A DNA stretch of 63,886 nucleotides, the filler included, from Choristocarpus tenellus KU-1152 (Eukaryota; Protista; Phaeophyceae), in assembly GCA_964200185.2 (NCBI GenBank). It is 10 parts of 10 records of this genome, joined end to end, with 100 filler letters (N's around TTAATTAATTAA, not from the genome) between each part and the next. Parts side by side here need not be neighbours in the genome. Positions count along the whole stretch, not along the records: positions 11,669 to 18,985 come from CAXNAD020006341.1; positions 19,086 to 29,819 come from CAXNAD020002752.1; 8 more parts are not named here. One strand, 5' to 3'. Within the stretch, counting starts at the first letter, position 1. Each line of letters starts with the position of its first letter. Position numbers and translations under genes: made by a program. The notes under the pieces were generated by a model, which did not search any database, was not told the DNA's origin, and saw only the letters and a program-made list of their open reading frames with translations. Shown here one piece after another: positions 13,661-26,449 of the stretch.

Positions 13661-14685
13661 AGTCTGCAAAAGGCGTTAAAAAGATCTCCGAGAATATTTT
13701 TTTTTTCGGTAGGGTCAATCGCACCGTATTTTGGGCAGAGTCTATACCAGACCAGTTTTTTGCGGGGAGTTCAGCCAACCACTTCAATTTTGTCAATTTT
13801 GAAGTTGTGACCATCAAAATTGCACTGGAGTTATTCCCCCACCTTTTTGCCATTCTTTTGATCGTTCCCGGTCACTGGAGTTAATACATCCCTGCATACA
13901 AATCTCTAAACCCTCTTGGCATAAGCGTTCCTTTGATATATATTGTTGCATACCTCTCCTGACCCGACAGTGAAAAAAAGCAAGATTACCACAGACCACA
14001 AAGCTATTGGTACCACGTTATGGATAAAATGTTTTGTTGACCGTTTGGCATCTACAAGAATCTTCATCACATGTAACCCCCTAACAAATACTCATTGGCA
14101 ACGCTTGAATGGAACTTGAATCAAGAATCATGGAGGACTGTTCAGCTTCAATCTCACCCTCCTTCTCCATTCAAGCATAAAATCCCTTCTGGTACACCAG
14201 TCTCCACAACAACGGAGTGGGGTAGGTACACTAGGATATACATATACAACATCCAAACTTGTGGCCTCTCATAGACCAATCCAGGAAGGAGGATTAGCCC
14301 CTTCAGAGCAGGGATTTGCATGGACTGATATTCAGATCAACCTTGTTAAAAGTAAACTTCGTTGTTCAAGTCTTTAGGGAAGGTAAAGCCCTTGCAGCAG
14401 AAGACAACTACGATGTGTGTGGTGTATGCTGATATTGCTTGCTGGAGGACCCAAGAGTATAATTTCCTATGAAAAATGGACCACCTCCTGGACTAAAGTT
14501 TGGAGGTCCATCTCACATCATGGGTGAATAAGTGTGTGTAGGCATCAAACATTGAATTAGCATTTCGATCAAGCAATCGTCACACAGCAAGTAAGGTATA
14601 TATAATAATTGTGGGTTGGTTTTTATTAAAAACGTTGCTGTGTCGAGTCCTACCATATCCAGCACTTTGTGGTACTTGATTATCA

Positions 14686-16221
14686 CTATCCCAAACGTAG
14701 GCGCCTACTGATGAATGCTTTTCCACGATTGACTGGTGAGCCAATGCGTCCTGGAGAGCCAAGGGAAGGACCACCCTGTGGTGATGAGGAACTGCCACCT
14801 CCTGGAAGTTGAGAGAGGATAGCATTTGTCTGACCAAAACCTTTGTGTTCACCCCCAAAAGCCTGGCCTGGTGAACTTGAAGGGTGAGAGTATGAACCAC
14901 CTCCAGAGAGGGGTGTACCAACTGATGATGGTGAATCTTGTCCTTCTGGGACAGAGGGAGATCCAACACTTGACCCTGCACAAATCTCATTGGCTGCATG
15001 CTTCACATCAGAGGCACTTGGAACCAATGTGTGCTGAAAGCACAATAAGCACAGTTCTTCATACCTGTAGATTGGGATAGGCATGCCTAGTTGGCTTCAG
15101 CTTTGCTTATGAGTACCAGAACCAACTACATGTTGAATTACTTGAATAATATCTCTTCATGCTTTGGACCTTCCCAGAATCAACCATTATGAACAGGTGA
15201 ATGTTGTGAAAACAAAACTCATCATCTGCAGAGAGCTCAAGGCTTCTAATATGCACACTCACCGGGAAAATATGGCAAAGAGTGTGTCAGATAACTTGTC
15301 CCAGAGTGGACCAAGAAGGTTCCCCTCGCGTGACACGTGCTTCATCATTCGCTGGTAAGTGGCCTTGAGTCCCTCGGTGATGACCTTGACATCACAATAT
15401 TTTCGAAGCATGGCTTCCAGGGATCGCCGTGGCTCATGACTTGCGACATCTGCCACACCCACCTTCCATACAGAAAATAATTATTAAATGAGGTGAGCAT
15501 CACCCATAGGGTTGACACATGACCAAGTACAACAGGCACAATTCATCAAAGGACAAAAAGGTTTAAAGAAAATGCACTCTTGTTTGGGTTGTGTTTCACC
15601 ATTTGGAATGTCTCCTTTTTGGAGGTGTAGTAGGCTAGAGGGCAAAGTTCCTAATGGATTGTCAATGTTCGTTGAGTAGATGGAAGGAGTGTTTTGATTT
15701 TCAAAGGCGACATGTTGAAATTGTCATTTTGGTAAAGGCTGCCCCGCAAGAGAGACCCTCTAACATGCCACATGTCAAATGGGAGTCTTGGCAGTTGAAA
15801 CCTTTCCTCTCAATAAAAAAATTGAATTTAAATTTTACAATCGAAAGTGAAAACAAGTTGAAACCTCTCAAAATCAACCTTGGTCATTATGAACGAGGAC
15901 CAACAGTGTCAGGAGCTAAGCATATTTTCGAAATTTCAAACCAACTCTTGCTTGGATCAAGAGAGAATTTGAAAACTCAAGGTGGACACAGTAAACTGGG
16001 TACAATGATGCGTCAACATATTTTGAAGACACAAGTAATACCAATCCAAAAAGTGATTTTAAGACAAAAACACCCCTCACCGACGAAATAAGATCCTCCA
16101 CCCTAATGAAGAACTGTGTGAGATGGGGAAATTGGTATCCCAGAAGCCACTCAAGGTATCGACCAGTTGCATTGTCTTCCTGGGCGTCTGCTTGCAGGAT
16201 GTTTCGCTCGATACTCTGCAC
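14686..16221 (-). CDS. SEC3: Exocyst complex component 1 (Sec3), last three exons
   Basis: Exons 16221-16081, 15462-15263, 15064-14686 splice in phase. YLEWLLGYQFPHLTQFFIRVEDLI...VASHEPRRSLEAMLRKY...EGLKATYQRMMKHVSREGNLLGPLWDKLSD...YEELCLLCF matches the Sec3/EXOC1 C-terminal pattern (GL..LY....KH.....LL..VW....Y..L...CY). Confidence 0.85.
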
Positions 16222-17429
16222 CTGTTTTTGGTGTAAGTTCACAAGCAATCAACTTGTTAAGAACTTGAAATGTATAAAAAAGATTCTGACTGAAAGATAT
16301 CTAAAAACGTGAATTATAGTAATCACTACATAGTAGAAATCGGCATTGTACTATAACCTGTTGCTTGGACAAGTGGACGGGAATAGATGTGATCCACATT
16401 GCTTGATTACATGAACACATGGACAACCAACCACGAAAAGATGAAGGCTCAGATATTTGATTGTTTTACTATGTTGAGCCTTCAGCAGCTTTCATTTATA
16501 CACATCTTAACAACATTTCAGTGACTGCATGACTGTTCCTGTGCATCAACGGGGTAGAAATATAGGTTTTGAGTGCGAAGTCTGTCTGTCTAGCTGCAGG
16601 GTAAAAAAAATCCTACACTGGGATTGGGTACAACCAACACATATGCACATTTTATTTTTGTTGAAAACAGATAAGAGGTGGAAGACTCGTTGCACCCCTA
16701 CTGAACACGAATTTTACCCACAATTGAATATCCCAAGTACCAGGATATGACTTGCAGTAGTACTGGGGACCTCGGGGGTGGGAAAGGGCAGGGGGGTGGC
16801 TGCTGAAGACTTTAAAGAGTTTTGTGTGTAGAGGGGGACTCGTTTCTTCTGTGCAATGTGCTCCAATGGGTTAGGAACTGTTTTCATCTGCAGGTCACAC
16901 ACTAAAAGACAGTCAAGCCAAAACCCTGTACAACCTGATTACTGCTGGGTGATTAAGATAATCTCAGGCTCTGGTTCCTTATCCTAGGCAGGACCAGGAC
17001 TTGGTCTGCCATGCTTCCTCCAGAGCAAGGGAGGACTGAGCCAAACCAATTGAGAGGTAGGCGGAGTTATATTTTAAGTATCCCAAGAAAGGGCAAAAAT
17101 ATGCCATTTTGGATGATTGTAGGAGTATTAACATAATTATGGTGTCACTTTGTGTGTGTGGAAAAGGGAAATATCAGTTTTGTGTACACTATTGTGCACC
17201 TAAAGCAAAGAAATAGTGTGTATTGCAGGGGAAAAGAACGATGGCTTTGAATGCACAAGGGTCAAAACCTGCCTAGATATCAATTCATTTCGCTCACTTC
17301 CTTCGATAACTATGTACATTGATGGCAGGCACTGTGGAAGCAAATCCCTCTTTACAAGTTTTAGTCAAACCATCAGGTTCCACCCTGAAGCAACAGTTCT
17401 TGTGAGGATTCCGTACCCCCGGAAGTACT

Positions 17430-18130
17430 CACAAGAACCTTACCCTTGCCCTTGAAAATGCCCTTGTGGACGGCATGGTCGTCCCAGAGATGGCAAAGAC
17501 CAGCACCACCACATTGTTCCCTAATACTGTGCAGCATATTTTAGTCCTGAAAGTCAGACAACCAACACACTCCTCAGTTGGAAAATTCTCGACGTAATCC
17601 TTGGGGAAATACTTGTGGACTGTCTTTACCAGCCAGCCCAGAGAAGTAGGTACCGTAGTCACCCACCAGCGAAACTGTAGATGCTACAGAAGCACAAGCA
17701 GCATCTCTATTGACATTGGTAGAGCTTCCCTTTGAGTGGGGCAAGAGGACACAGCAAGAACACACAGTCCCAGTCTGGAATTGGCCATGGTATACCCTTT
17801 CAGTCTCTGCGCCCTGGACTCCATCAGTTCCATGTAGAAAAGGAAGTGCATCTGCCCACAAGTAATGTTTTTCATCTCAAAGACTCTCTTCGGCTTCCTT
17901 ACAATAATTTTGGTACCATTGAAGCATACCTGACTATCGCACATGCCCATCCAACCCCCTCTAGAACAACACTTTACCAATTGATGGTCAGCTCACACAA
18001 CACACACAAAACAGCAGCACGATTGTGATTCCAAGCATTGACTGAGTCGCCCATTTCTGCCCACCTTCTTGACCCTCCCTCCAGATATTCAACATCCCCG
18101 TCCCCTGCAGTATGAGTATCCAACGGAAAC
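17430..18130 (-). pseudogene. Degenerate piggyBac-like (DDE_Tnp_1_7) transposase
   Basis: Frameshifted minus-strand fragments RWAEMGDSVNAWNHNRAAV, TKIIVRKPKRVFEMKNITCGQMHFLFYMELMES and LVKTVHKYFPKDY follow the motif order of protist piggyBac-like transposases (W....V.AFN.NR...; K..RKP...G.E.K; VKTAH..FP). Confidence 0.6.
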
Positions 18131-18384
18131 GTTAAGAGGTTCCTGAAGCAGGAGTAACTCACAAAACAGCAAAAGTCAGGACCCATCCGTAGGTCAGATG
18201 CAGTCTGCTGTTTCACGCATTCACTTGTCTGTCTCGTATCCATGGTTAAAATGATTACTATCCCAAGCAGAGCACTTCACATACATCAGCTATCAGCAGC
18301 CCTTGCACGACAGCTATGGGGTCTCAGGCAAGTATTTGTCACTGCCATCGTCTTAGTGCATGTTAAAGTAGTCTAGGGGCTCCT

Positions 18385-18475
18385 CTTTTATCTTTTATCT
18401 TTAATCTTTAATCTTTAATCTTTAATCTTTAATCTTTAATCTTTAATCTTTAATCTTTAATCTTTAATCTTTTAT
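18385..18475. repeat. (TCTTTAA)n microsatellite
   Basis: About 10 perfect heptamer units plus variants. Confidence 0.95.
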
Positions 18476-18515
18476 CAAAGATTAAGCCATACACTCCCGC
18501 AACAACACCTGAAGC

Positions 18516-18774
18516 CAGTCAAGGTATCTTAGAGGGTAGAGCCGCATCCATTTTGGGGTTAGAATCAAATGTTGTGATTTTGACGTAATTTTGGCTATCG
18601 TGTTTGTTGGGAGTGTCAATATCCTTGTTCTGGATACACCTTTTCATAATGCATACATTTTACCTACTCCAACACATTTTGGAGTAGGCAAAATGTCGTA
18701 AAAAAAAACGTGGACAAATGTGCCCTAAATGGACAAAGAGGGAAAAACTCGTACCCTCTAAGATACTTTCACTC
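18516..18774. mobile_element. MITE family A, full-length
   Basis: CAGTCAAGGTATCTTAGAGGGTA...TACCCTCTAAGATACTTTCACTC; TSD imperfect (AAGC/AGCT). Confidence 0.85.
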
Positions 18775-18913
18775 AGCTACCTCTTGGCCGTTCTGAAATT
18801 AGTGATGATCACTCTGAACCGCTCATACTTGATAGGTGGACACATTTTATGTTTCGCATAACGAAAAATAATTTGCTCTAACCAGTTTCCTCCCCATCAC
18901 CCAAGACCCTGAT

Positions 18914-18985
18914 GCCTCAAAGTATCTGGGCGGGGGGGGGGGGGGGGGGGGGGGCGTCCCTTGGGAGACTTTTTTTTTATGGGGG
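18914..18985. mobile_element. MITE family B-like left end at contig break
   Basis: CAAAGTATCTGGGC followed by a long poly-G tract running toward the gap. Confidence 0.6.
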
Positions 18986-19105
18986 NNNNNNNNNNNNNNN
19001 NNNNNNNNNNNNNNNNNNNNNNNNNNNNNTTAATTAATTAANNNNNNNNNNNNNNNNNNNNNNNNNNNNNNNNNNNNNNNNNNNNCCCCCCAGATACTTT
19101 GGGTC

Positions 19106-20700
19106 CCAGATGTCCTGACAGAATGATTCCCCTGTTCATTTTTTGTGCGAATGAGGATGTGCTCACCAACATGGATCAAAATACGATGGAGAATGTTAAT
19201 GTGCATAGGTGCAGACGAGACCTTTGCTATAGGAAATGAATCGTCAGGGGGTTCCAGCCTTTCAACTTCAGCTTTATATGCATTGATCCATCCCACTCTC
19301 AATAATAAGTGGAAGACCTTTCCCATCCGATATGTAGTAAGCCTCATCAGTCCCTTTGATTTACAAGCAGAGAGTGAGGATAGGAGGTTGAATGCTAAGA
19401 TGGGGACAAGGGTTACAGACTCTAGAGTAACATGTACCCACTCATCATGGGCTACGTTGAATTTGAGGTCAAGCATGCCATATCCCATGATGGGTAATGA
19501 TGTGCCATCGACCACTGCCATTTTGTGGCCTTCTGGGCATGGGGAGAAGCCATACATGTTTATCGGGTCATTGGTCACACTGTTTGATGCCACCAAATCA
19601 AAGCACCATTTCTCTAAATCAGACACACTCACCTTGCCATGGTCGGCCACAGCAGCTAAGTTGGCGTTAAATTTCCTTCCTCCTCTGTTCTTTGCTGGTT
19701 CTAACCCTGGTCGAGGTAATTCTTCCCCCTGTTTCAACGGGGTGGCCCTATCCCGAGGACAAACGTACTGCAGGTGTCCTTTACTCCTAAAGCTGTAGCA
19801 CAGTCCTTCAAATGTGCAAGGATCGGCATGTCCGACCAACCCACACTTGAAATATTTTTCACTTGCCTTCGTCTCGCCCCTGGCACGGGATTCTGTCGTA
19901 CCAAGGTCTGTACGGTGACTAATCATACTGTGGCCACCTCCATGATAGACCTTCAGTGACCTCTCTTCTGCGAGTTCACAGTCCTTGTGGCTAGAGCGCT
20001 CCCAGTCTTCCCGCGGTTTCCTTCTTCACGTTGCAGGAAAAAATATCTTGAACGGACAGCACGCTGAATCGTGTCCCTTTGTTCACTCACCAATACCGTG
20101 ATGTTGCAGGTAGTCCTTGGCGATCTGGTAGTCATTGTCCAGAGAATCCAGCATAGCAATTTGGAGAACTTGCTCCAACATTTGATGTTCCACCATCGGC
20201 ACCTGACTCAACCCAGTCCAACATTTGTGGTAAAAGTGATCTGGGGGTTGGACCCCCCTGTGGCATTTTTACATTCATCGCCATCTTCTGTAATCTCACG
20301 ATCTCCTCATCTGAATGAGAAGATGTTCCCTATTGCCTCCAACTCTCTGATGGTGACACAGCATTGCGAACAATGCACCTGTAGAAGCCAGTGGTACTCC
20401 TCAATAAAACGTCATATGCCTTTTTCGCCTTCATGACCTCATCTTCACTCAAATCATCCCCCTTGATGAAGTTGATGTCCCCCATTCTGATAGGGTCCTT
20501 CCTCTCCTCTAGTACGTCATCGATGTGACCTTTGCACCCAAGAAGGCACGCGTTGTGGCGAACCAGTCTGCATAGTTTCCATCTGTCAGTTGGAGGAGTT
20601 TGGTACGGAGCCCATGTAAGGCTATGAGTGCAGCTCACAACCCCAAACCACTCCAGCTTCAGCTGCACCTCCTCTCGCTAGAGTATGTTGGCTAATGCGC
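19106..20700 (-). mobile_element. Degenerate Ty1/Copia LTR retrotransposon (gag, Zn knuckle, protease, start of pre-integrase)
   Basis: Zn-knuckle remnants (FKCGLVGH...C; KGHLQYVC), protease-like WCFDLVAS...VVDGTSLPIMGYG...VTLVPILAFNLLS, then LHRILIH. Co-linear with 36230-37567. Confidence 0.85.
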
Positions 20701-20803
20701 TTAAGCGTGTTGAACAACTTCACGCAGGAAAGGCATGTGCCAGAGCTGCCGGTGGGTTGCATGGTGAACATAAACTGATTTATTAATTTATCCACCAACC
20801 TTT

Positions 20804-21990
20804 TGTTAGTAGATAGTAGATAGCTGCTGATACACTATAGACACCATCGATGGAGTAGATTAGGAAATGCAGACACCACTGGTGGAGTAATGGAGGAAAG
20901 GTAGAGCCAAATGTATGTTTCCGTATATTTTAGTCGAGTTCCACACAACGTTCATGTATGGTAGTTCATTGTATGGTAGGGACCTGATATTGGATCATCA
21001 GTTGATTGATATATCATATATGGCATGTATGGTAAGTAGATATGTTTTTTTTCTGCTTATCCACGTGTGGACGTTGCAAATCCCACATGGTAGTCTGCAC
21101 TGGTCTTACCCACATATTACCTTAGGTTTCTAACCCATCATTTCATCATGTCTAGACGAGGAGATGCGATTCAAGAATTGTGGGAACCTGTTCTTTCCGA
21201 GAGCCTATCGTCCAAGAATTCAGACAGCTTATGGCGACGGTAGCGGAGTTGTCAAGAAACGTTGGCAATCTCATGGTTCAGTCTGAAAGAGTCGGCGACG
21301 GAAATCATCCCGTCGTCCAGGCCGCTGTGCCCAGCTCACGACCTCCGGCTTGGGGCGTACCAGTCGAAGTGGGTCCTATGGAACCCATGTTGAGGGCAAA
21401 TTTCCCAGAGAGGGGAAACAGTTTGGATGCTGCGAGCATCAGAAGTGGGGCGAGCCAGAGGTCTGGTTCTTCGGAGAGCTTGGGGTCAGGCGAACATATT
21501 GTTCGTCCTACGACAAAGAGATCAAGAACCCAACCACCGAAACTATTGGACGACTCAGACTACCGGGACGGGCGGAGGCGTTTCATCGTGCATTGCAGAT
21601 AAACTCACTGCTTGGATGCGTTGACAAGTGAAAGACCAGTCAATCAAGAACGGTCCAACGAGGAACTTCTCTCGGACGGCTTCAGTGTGAACGATATCAG
21701 GATGGTCCAAGAGGCCTATCATGCACTACTGTTGCTCTCGTCACACGCACCACCAGGGCACTATGCTATACATACCAAAGCCTGAGCGAGCGTTTGCGAG
21801 CAATAGATGATTTATTCATGCCCAATGCTGTGGGTAATAGCCAACATTTGTTTCGTGAGTTTTTCACTTCAAATGTGGAGAAGGGGGCGAATCCGATCCT
21901 GACCTTAAACCACCTGGAAGAGCTTCGGGGGAGGATGCTATCAATGGACCTGGTCCTCTCGGACAAGCTGCAGCCTCTACAGACACCAAG
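20804..21990 (+). mobile_element. Copia-type gag remnant of a second family, possibly preceded by an LTR
   Basis: RAIDDLFMPNAVGNSQHLFREFFTSNVEKGANPILTLNHLEELRGRML resembles Copia gag (Retrotran_gag_2/UBN2). Upstream TGTTAG...CTAAC segment at 20804-21134. Confidence 0.55.
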
Positions 21991-22310
21991 CAATCTCACT
22001 GGGTTTATCACCTTTATCCTCTTTGATGATTTGGGGGATACTTTAACACCTTTTGTCTTAGTAATCCGTAGTCACTGACGTATGACCAAAGACTGACTCA
22101 ACTCACCGTTAAGTAGGTTACAACTCTGTGTTGTACTGACCTTAAGATAAACGTACATGAAATTGTGTTATATACATATATCACCACACACAACATAAGT
22201 ATAACACTAGTTATTTGGCAATCCTGCGGTCGCCTCAACTGAAACCCCGAACAGCAGAAAGATACTGGGGTTACCTTGCGACGTCAAAGCAAGAGGTGGG
22301 AACGTGCCAA

Positions 22311-22366
22311 TTTATCTTAGAGGGTAGAGCCGCGTCCATTTGGGAGCCAAAATCCAATGTTGCAAA
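22311..22366. mobile_element. MITE family A, end fragment
   Basis: TATCTTAGAGGGTAGAGCCGCGTCCATTTGGGAGCCAAAATCCAATGTTGC matches a family A end. Confidence 0.75.
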
Positions 22367-23004
22367 CTGTCTGCCTCCACGCAAGAAGTCGTTACATACG
22401 GCTGAAAGCACATTTGACTTGCTTTCACAATGCTTATGGCTGAGACTGTTCTAGATCCTTCGGTGGTTTGAGCAAGTCTGTGGCTGAATGGTGCCGACAT
22501 GTATCGCTTGTCTTATCTGTGTCTTGAAAAAGGTAGGTTAAGGGACACTGGCTGGACAAAGGCTATGACTGATCGGTCGAAAGGGTTAGGATACATTGTT
22601 TTTCGACGTCAACGACACCCCATGCTTCCCAGGGATAGAGGCGGCTTGGTTGGTCCAAGCGGCACAAAGAGTAGGCGAGACAGTTTGAGCATAGACAGGT
22701 TATAGCATCGGTACGAGGGTGGCAGGCACCCTGTTGACCACTGTGGAAGCGAACCTCGGCTTGTTCTTGTTAGGGGAAGAGAAAAAATTGTATTGGTCAC
22801 TCCTGACTTCAACTTTGATTCACCAGGGTAACATTATATTTCCCAAAGGAACATTCTGGGAAATTGCCAGTGGACAAAAATGAATGATAAATTTCTTTTG
22901 GAAATCTTGGCTTTACAATCGGAGGGTAACCCTTAACCCCAACACAGTAAGGTTTCTGAGCCCAAAATCCAGTGGTGTGATCATGGTTTACACTGTTTGT
23001 GTCC

Positions 23005-23125
23005 TCCAAGATCTCGATCAACAAGGGCATGTACATACCTCTATTCATGTGCTTTATTGACCTGAAGAAAACATGCAACTCTGTCAACAGCAACCTCCTA
23101 TGTGCTGAACTTACAATGTTTACCT
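23005..23125 (+). pseudogene. LINE reverse transcriptase fragment
   Basis: IPLFMCFIDLKKTCNSVNSNLL corresponds to the non-LTR RT motif PLY.CF.DL.KAYDSV.R..LW. Confidence 0.65.
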
Positions 23126-24620
23126 TAGAGGTACACCATCAGCGGCGAGGCAACGATCAATGTCAAGATAAGTTGAAGGGCTGAGAGAGTTAATATATAT
23201 TTCCGCAAATACTCCCGCTTTATGACATTTACCTCGCTTAGGTGTTTCCCTTTAGTTGAATGATCAAGGTTGAGTACATGAAATTATGATATACGGTTGT
23301 GTGTAACGTAGACAACCTGTCAAATCAACTATATGAGACTTCCCTCTCATCACCACCGATTCCTCCTATGCTGCACCGTATTTTGAAACAGAAAAACACA
23401 GATCATGTACTGTCCCACAAAGACAAGGCCTGTGCCCCTAAACCAGGTGCGAGGGCGTTGAGGCAGGTTTTCGAAAATGGAGAGAGTAATACGCAGCAGC
23501 TTCAATTGCATGCATGAAGGATGAGAAATACCGTAAGGTGTCGAGATCAGGGGATCCTACAGATGAATAAGTGGAAGCAAGGTGTATAGGAGAAGAGTAG
23601 AGACATGCTTGCAAGACAACTTTGAGAAGCAGGGGATGATATATTAGAAATGGAGCAGTTAAAGGTGAACTACAGCGAAAAATAGAACTTTTAACTGTAA
23701 ATCCTCTCTGGTTATCAACGTGGGATCATAATGTCAGTACCATGTTACACTTTGGGAAACAAACACAGACAGTAAAATAGCAGTAAAGAAAAAAAGGAGG
23801 CAACAATACCGTGTTAGGTTTTCTATCATCGAACATTTCCGTTTCAGTACGTGCAGTCCAACTCGCCCATTATCATGGATCGAATAAGTAAAGGGAGCCA
23901 AACAAAGGTACAAGGACGGTAAAAATATCACGTATAGGAAAGGGAGTCAAATTTTGTCATTGAGAGGAAGGGGCATACATCACTCGCAACTCGCAAACTT
24001 TCTTTGCTAGGAAATAGGGGAGAAAACTTTAAAAAGAGAAAAATGATTGCATGCAACATGGGTACATGGACAAGAGACAGAACATTGTACAAGGGGGGGA
24101 TGTGATAAAAATAAAACAGCTTCAAAATTATCATTGATGATGTCTAGTTGGTTAGAAACATACTTTGCCCAAAAGTTATAGGTAAGTAATGTTATATGGG
24201 TTGAGTGTTACGTTGCCTGAGATTTGCGATTAAAAAGGTATGAAATATGGAGCAGAAAGAGAGAACATATGAGGTCTTCTAAAACTACTGACTACTGTTG
24301 TAGTCATCATATCCACCTAACCTCACCCCCTCACCCCCATACATACATGTTAACAATGGTGAAGTTTCAATGGTAAGGGTGTGCTAATCCACTTACTACA
24401 GTAGAAGTATCTTCTTATATGTCATGGTTTGTCTCATTGAAGTAAGGATAAATACCATCAAGGACAAGAAAATAGGTGAATAGTAGGCGTGACAATCTGG
24501 GTTGGACGTTTTTCTCAGTACTCTAAAACAACATATTTTAGCAAGTGCGACAGACTATGATGGTTGCACAAATTATCAGAAGCATCTTTTTAGAGGCATT
24601 ACCAACAACGGTGACATTGT

Positions 24621-24900
24621 GGGTTAAAGTATCTTAGAGGGTACGAGTTTTGCCCTGTTTGTCTGTTTGAGGCTTGGCTTCCCTCGGGTTTTATACGACA
24701 TTTTCCTACTCCGAAATGTTTCAGAGCAAGTAAAACGTACACGTTTTGGAGTAGGTATAATGTATAAAAAAATGAAAAGGTGCGTCTGGAACATGGATAT
24801 TCACACTTCGTAACACAATAGCCAAAATTACATCAAGATCGGAACATTGGATTTTGATTCCCAAACGGACGCGGCTCTACCCTCTAAGATACTTTGACTC
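24621..24900. mobile_element. MITE family A, full-length, TSD TTGT
   Basis: GGGTTAAAGTATCTTAGAGGGTA...TACCCTCTAAGATACTTTGACTC; TTGT at 24617-24620 and 24901-24904. Confidence 0.9.
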
Positions 24901-26449
24901 TTGTGGTACACTCAATAATTTCTTTCAACCTCAGTTTACAGAGGGTTGAAGTGATATCGATGACAAAGGTATCACTATGCCATACCAAGTTGTGTTCGTC
25001 TATCAAATTGTACCAACCTCAGTATGGAAGGCCTCTCACTATTGGCATGCACTCGGCCTAATATGCTTGATGGATTGCTGGCATCGACACGTCCATCAAG
25101 GCCTACGCTTCTCGAGAAACCTGATGGTAACCACCACCACCTACGCTATTCTCAGACGATATCATTTTTACTTTGTACAATTTGCTACGAAAAATTGTGC
25201 AGTATACATGCAAATTTACACATTGTCACTTTTGTTCAGGAAAGATGTTTCGTGGAATTAGCGGACACATGTTTTCTTAGTTGCATTTTTAATTTGTGAC
25301 CCCATACATAGAAATCCAGATCCCTTGAGTATTTTTTTGTGGGCTACCCGTTTTCTTGTTTCGTGTTCTTCCGTTTCTTTGAGAACTCTAGGCAGCATGT
25401 GGTGACCCATTGTGAAGAAAGGAAAAAAAAATCCTATCACATTTGGAAAAAAGATCACCCAAGTTTCTACCATGGGTCAACAAAGGAATGACAGATACAA
25501 AAAAAATAAGTTGTGTTCTGTGCTTCAGCACCAATGATGGGCCATCACTATAAAATGGCGACCACTACTACAACAAACTGTACATTATATTATCGTGAAA
25601 ATTGTACAACACTCTGCTATTCCTCTGTTCAGTATCATTTTGAACGTTTGTGGGACAGGCGGTACATACATGAACAAGTTGATACAAGATTTTCAATGTT
25701 TCTTGTGATGGTCTTCCAAAACCCAGTGCGAGGATACCCTAAAATTTCGTTTAAATCCGACTGAAGTATACCCATCAACGAATGCCCCCCTCTGGAAAAA
25801 CCGCAAGTAACATCTTGCTAATATATATATCGTATTCTTATCATCCTGCAAACTATTCAAACCGATGATCCTTACCGGAGGAAGTGCCATTCACTTCATA
25901 CATACACCATGGAGTCATGCCCCATTGATCTTGTGTTTAGTGCACCCCATCCATCCTACCTTTCATGACAGATCTTGTACCCCTAGGACCAATCAATAGT
26001 AAACAAGGAGGAACAACCCTGTTGGTAACACTGGATATCTCTACCAATGGAACAGTCTGCAGCAATGACACAATCTAAGACCAAGTGACCTATCAATTGA
26101 GGAACATCCATACAACCTGGGTTTAGCTGGACACATCTACTGCTTGTGTTGTAGCTTGAGGTGTTGGAAACAACAGGACTAGCTTTTGATGAGCAGACTG
26201 AAATTTTTCAAATCTGGAAATTTGAAGGGTGGTGTGCGGTTAATTGTCTGAGGTGAACCATGCATGATGATAAGAACCTTGACTCATAACCTCAGCTGTG
26301 AGACGGCCTTCACCTAAGACAATTTACTCGTATACACTACTCAGCAACAAGTACATCTCTACTACTACGTTGCTACAGCCTGACAAGCTCTCCACCAGTT
26401 TCCTGCCAGCAAATCAATTTCCCCCTACTGCTAGGTCCATCATCAACTA

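Noticed and set aside
17441-17520. Apparent GT-AG-bounded exon upstream of Sec3
   Set aside because: It has no Sec3 similarity in the frames examined and is contiguous with the piggyBac-like relic.
24934-25127. Possible small plus-strand exons
   Set aside because: Splice-like sites exist, but I could not build a recognisable or phase-consistent gene model.
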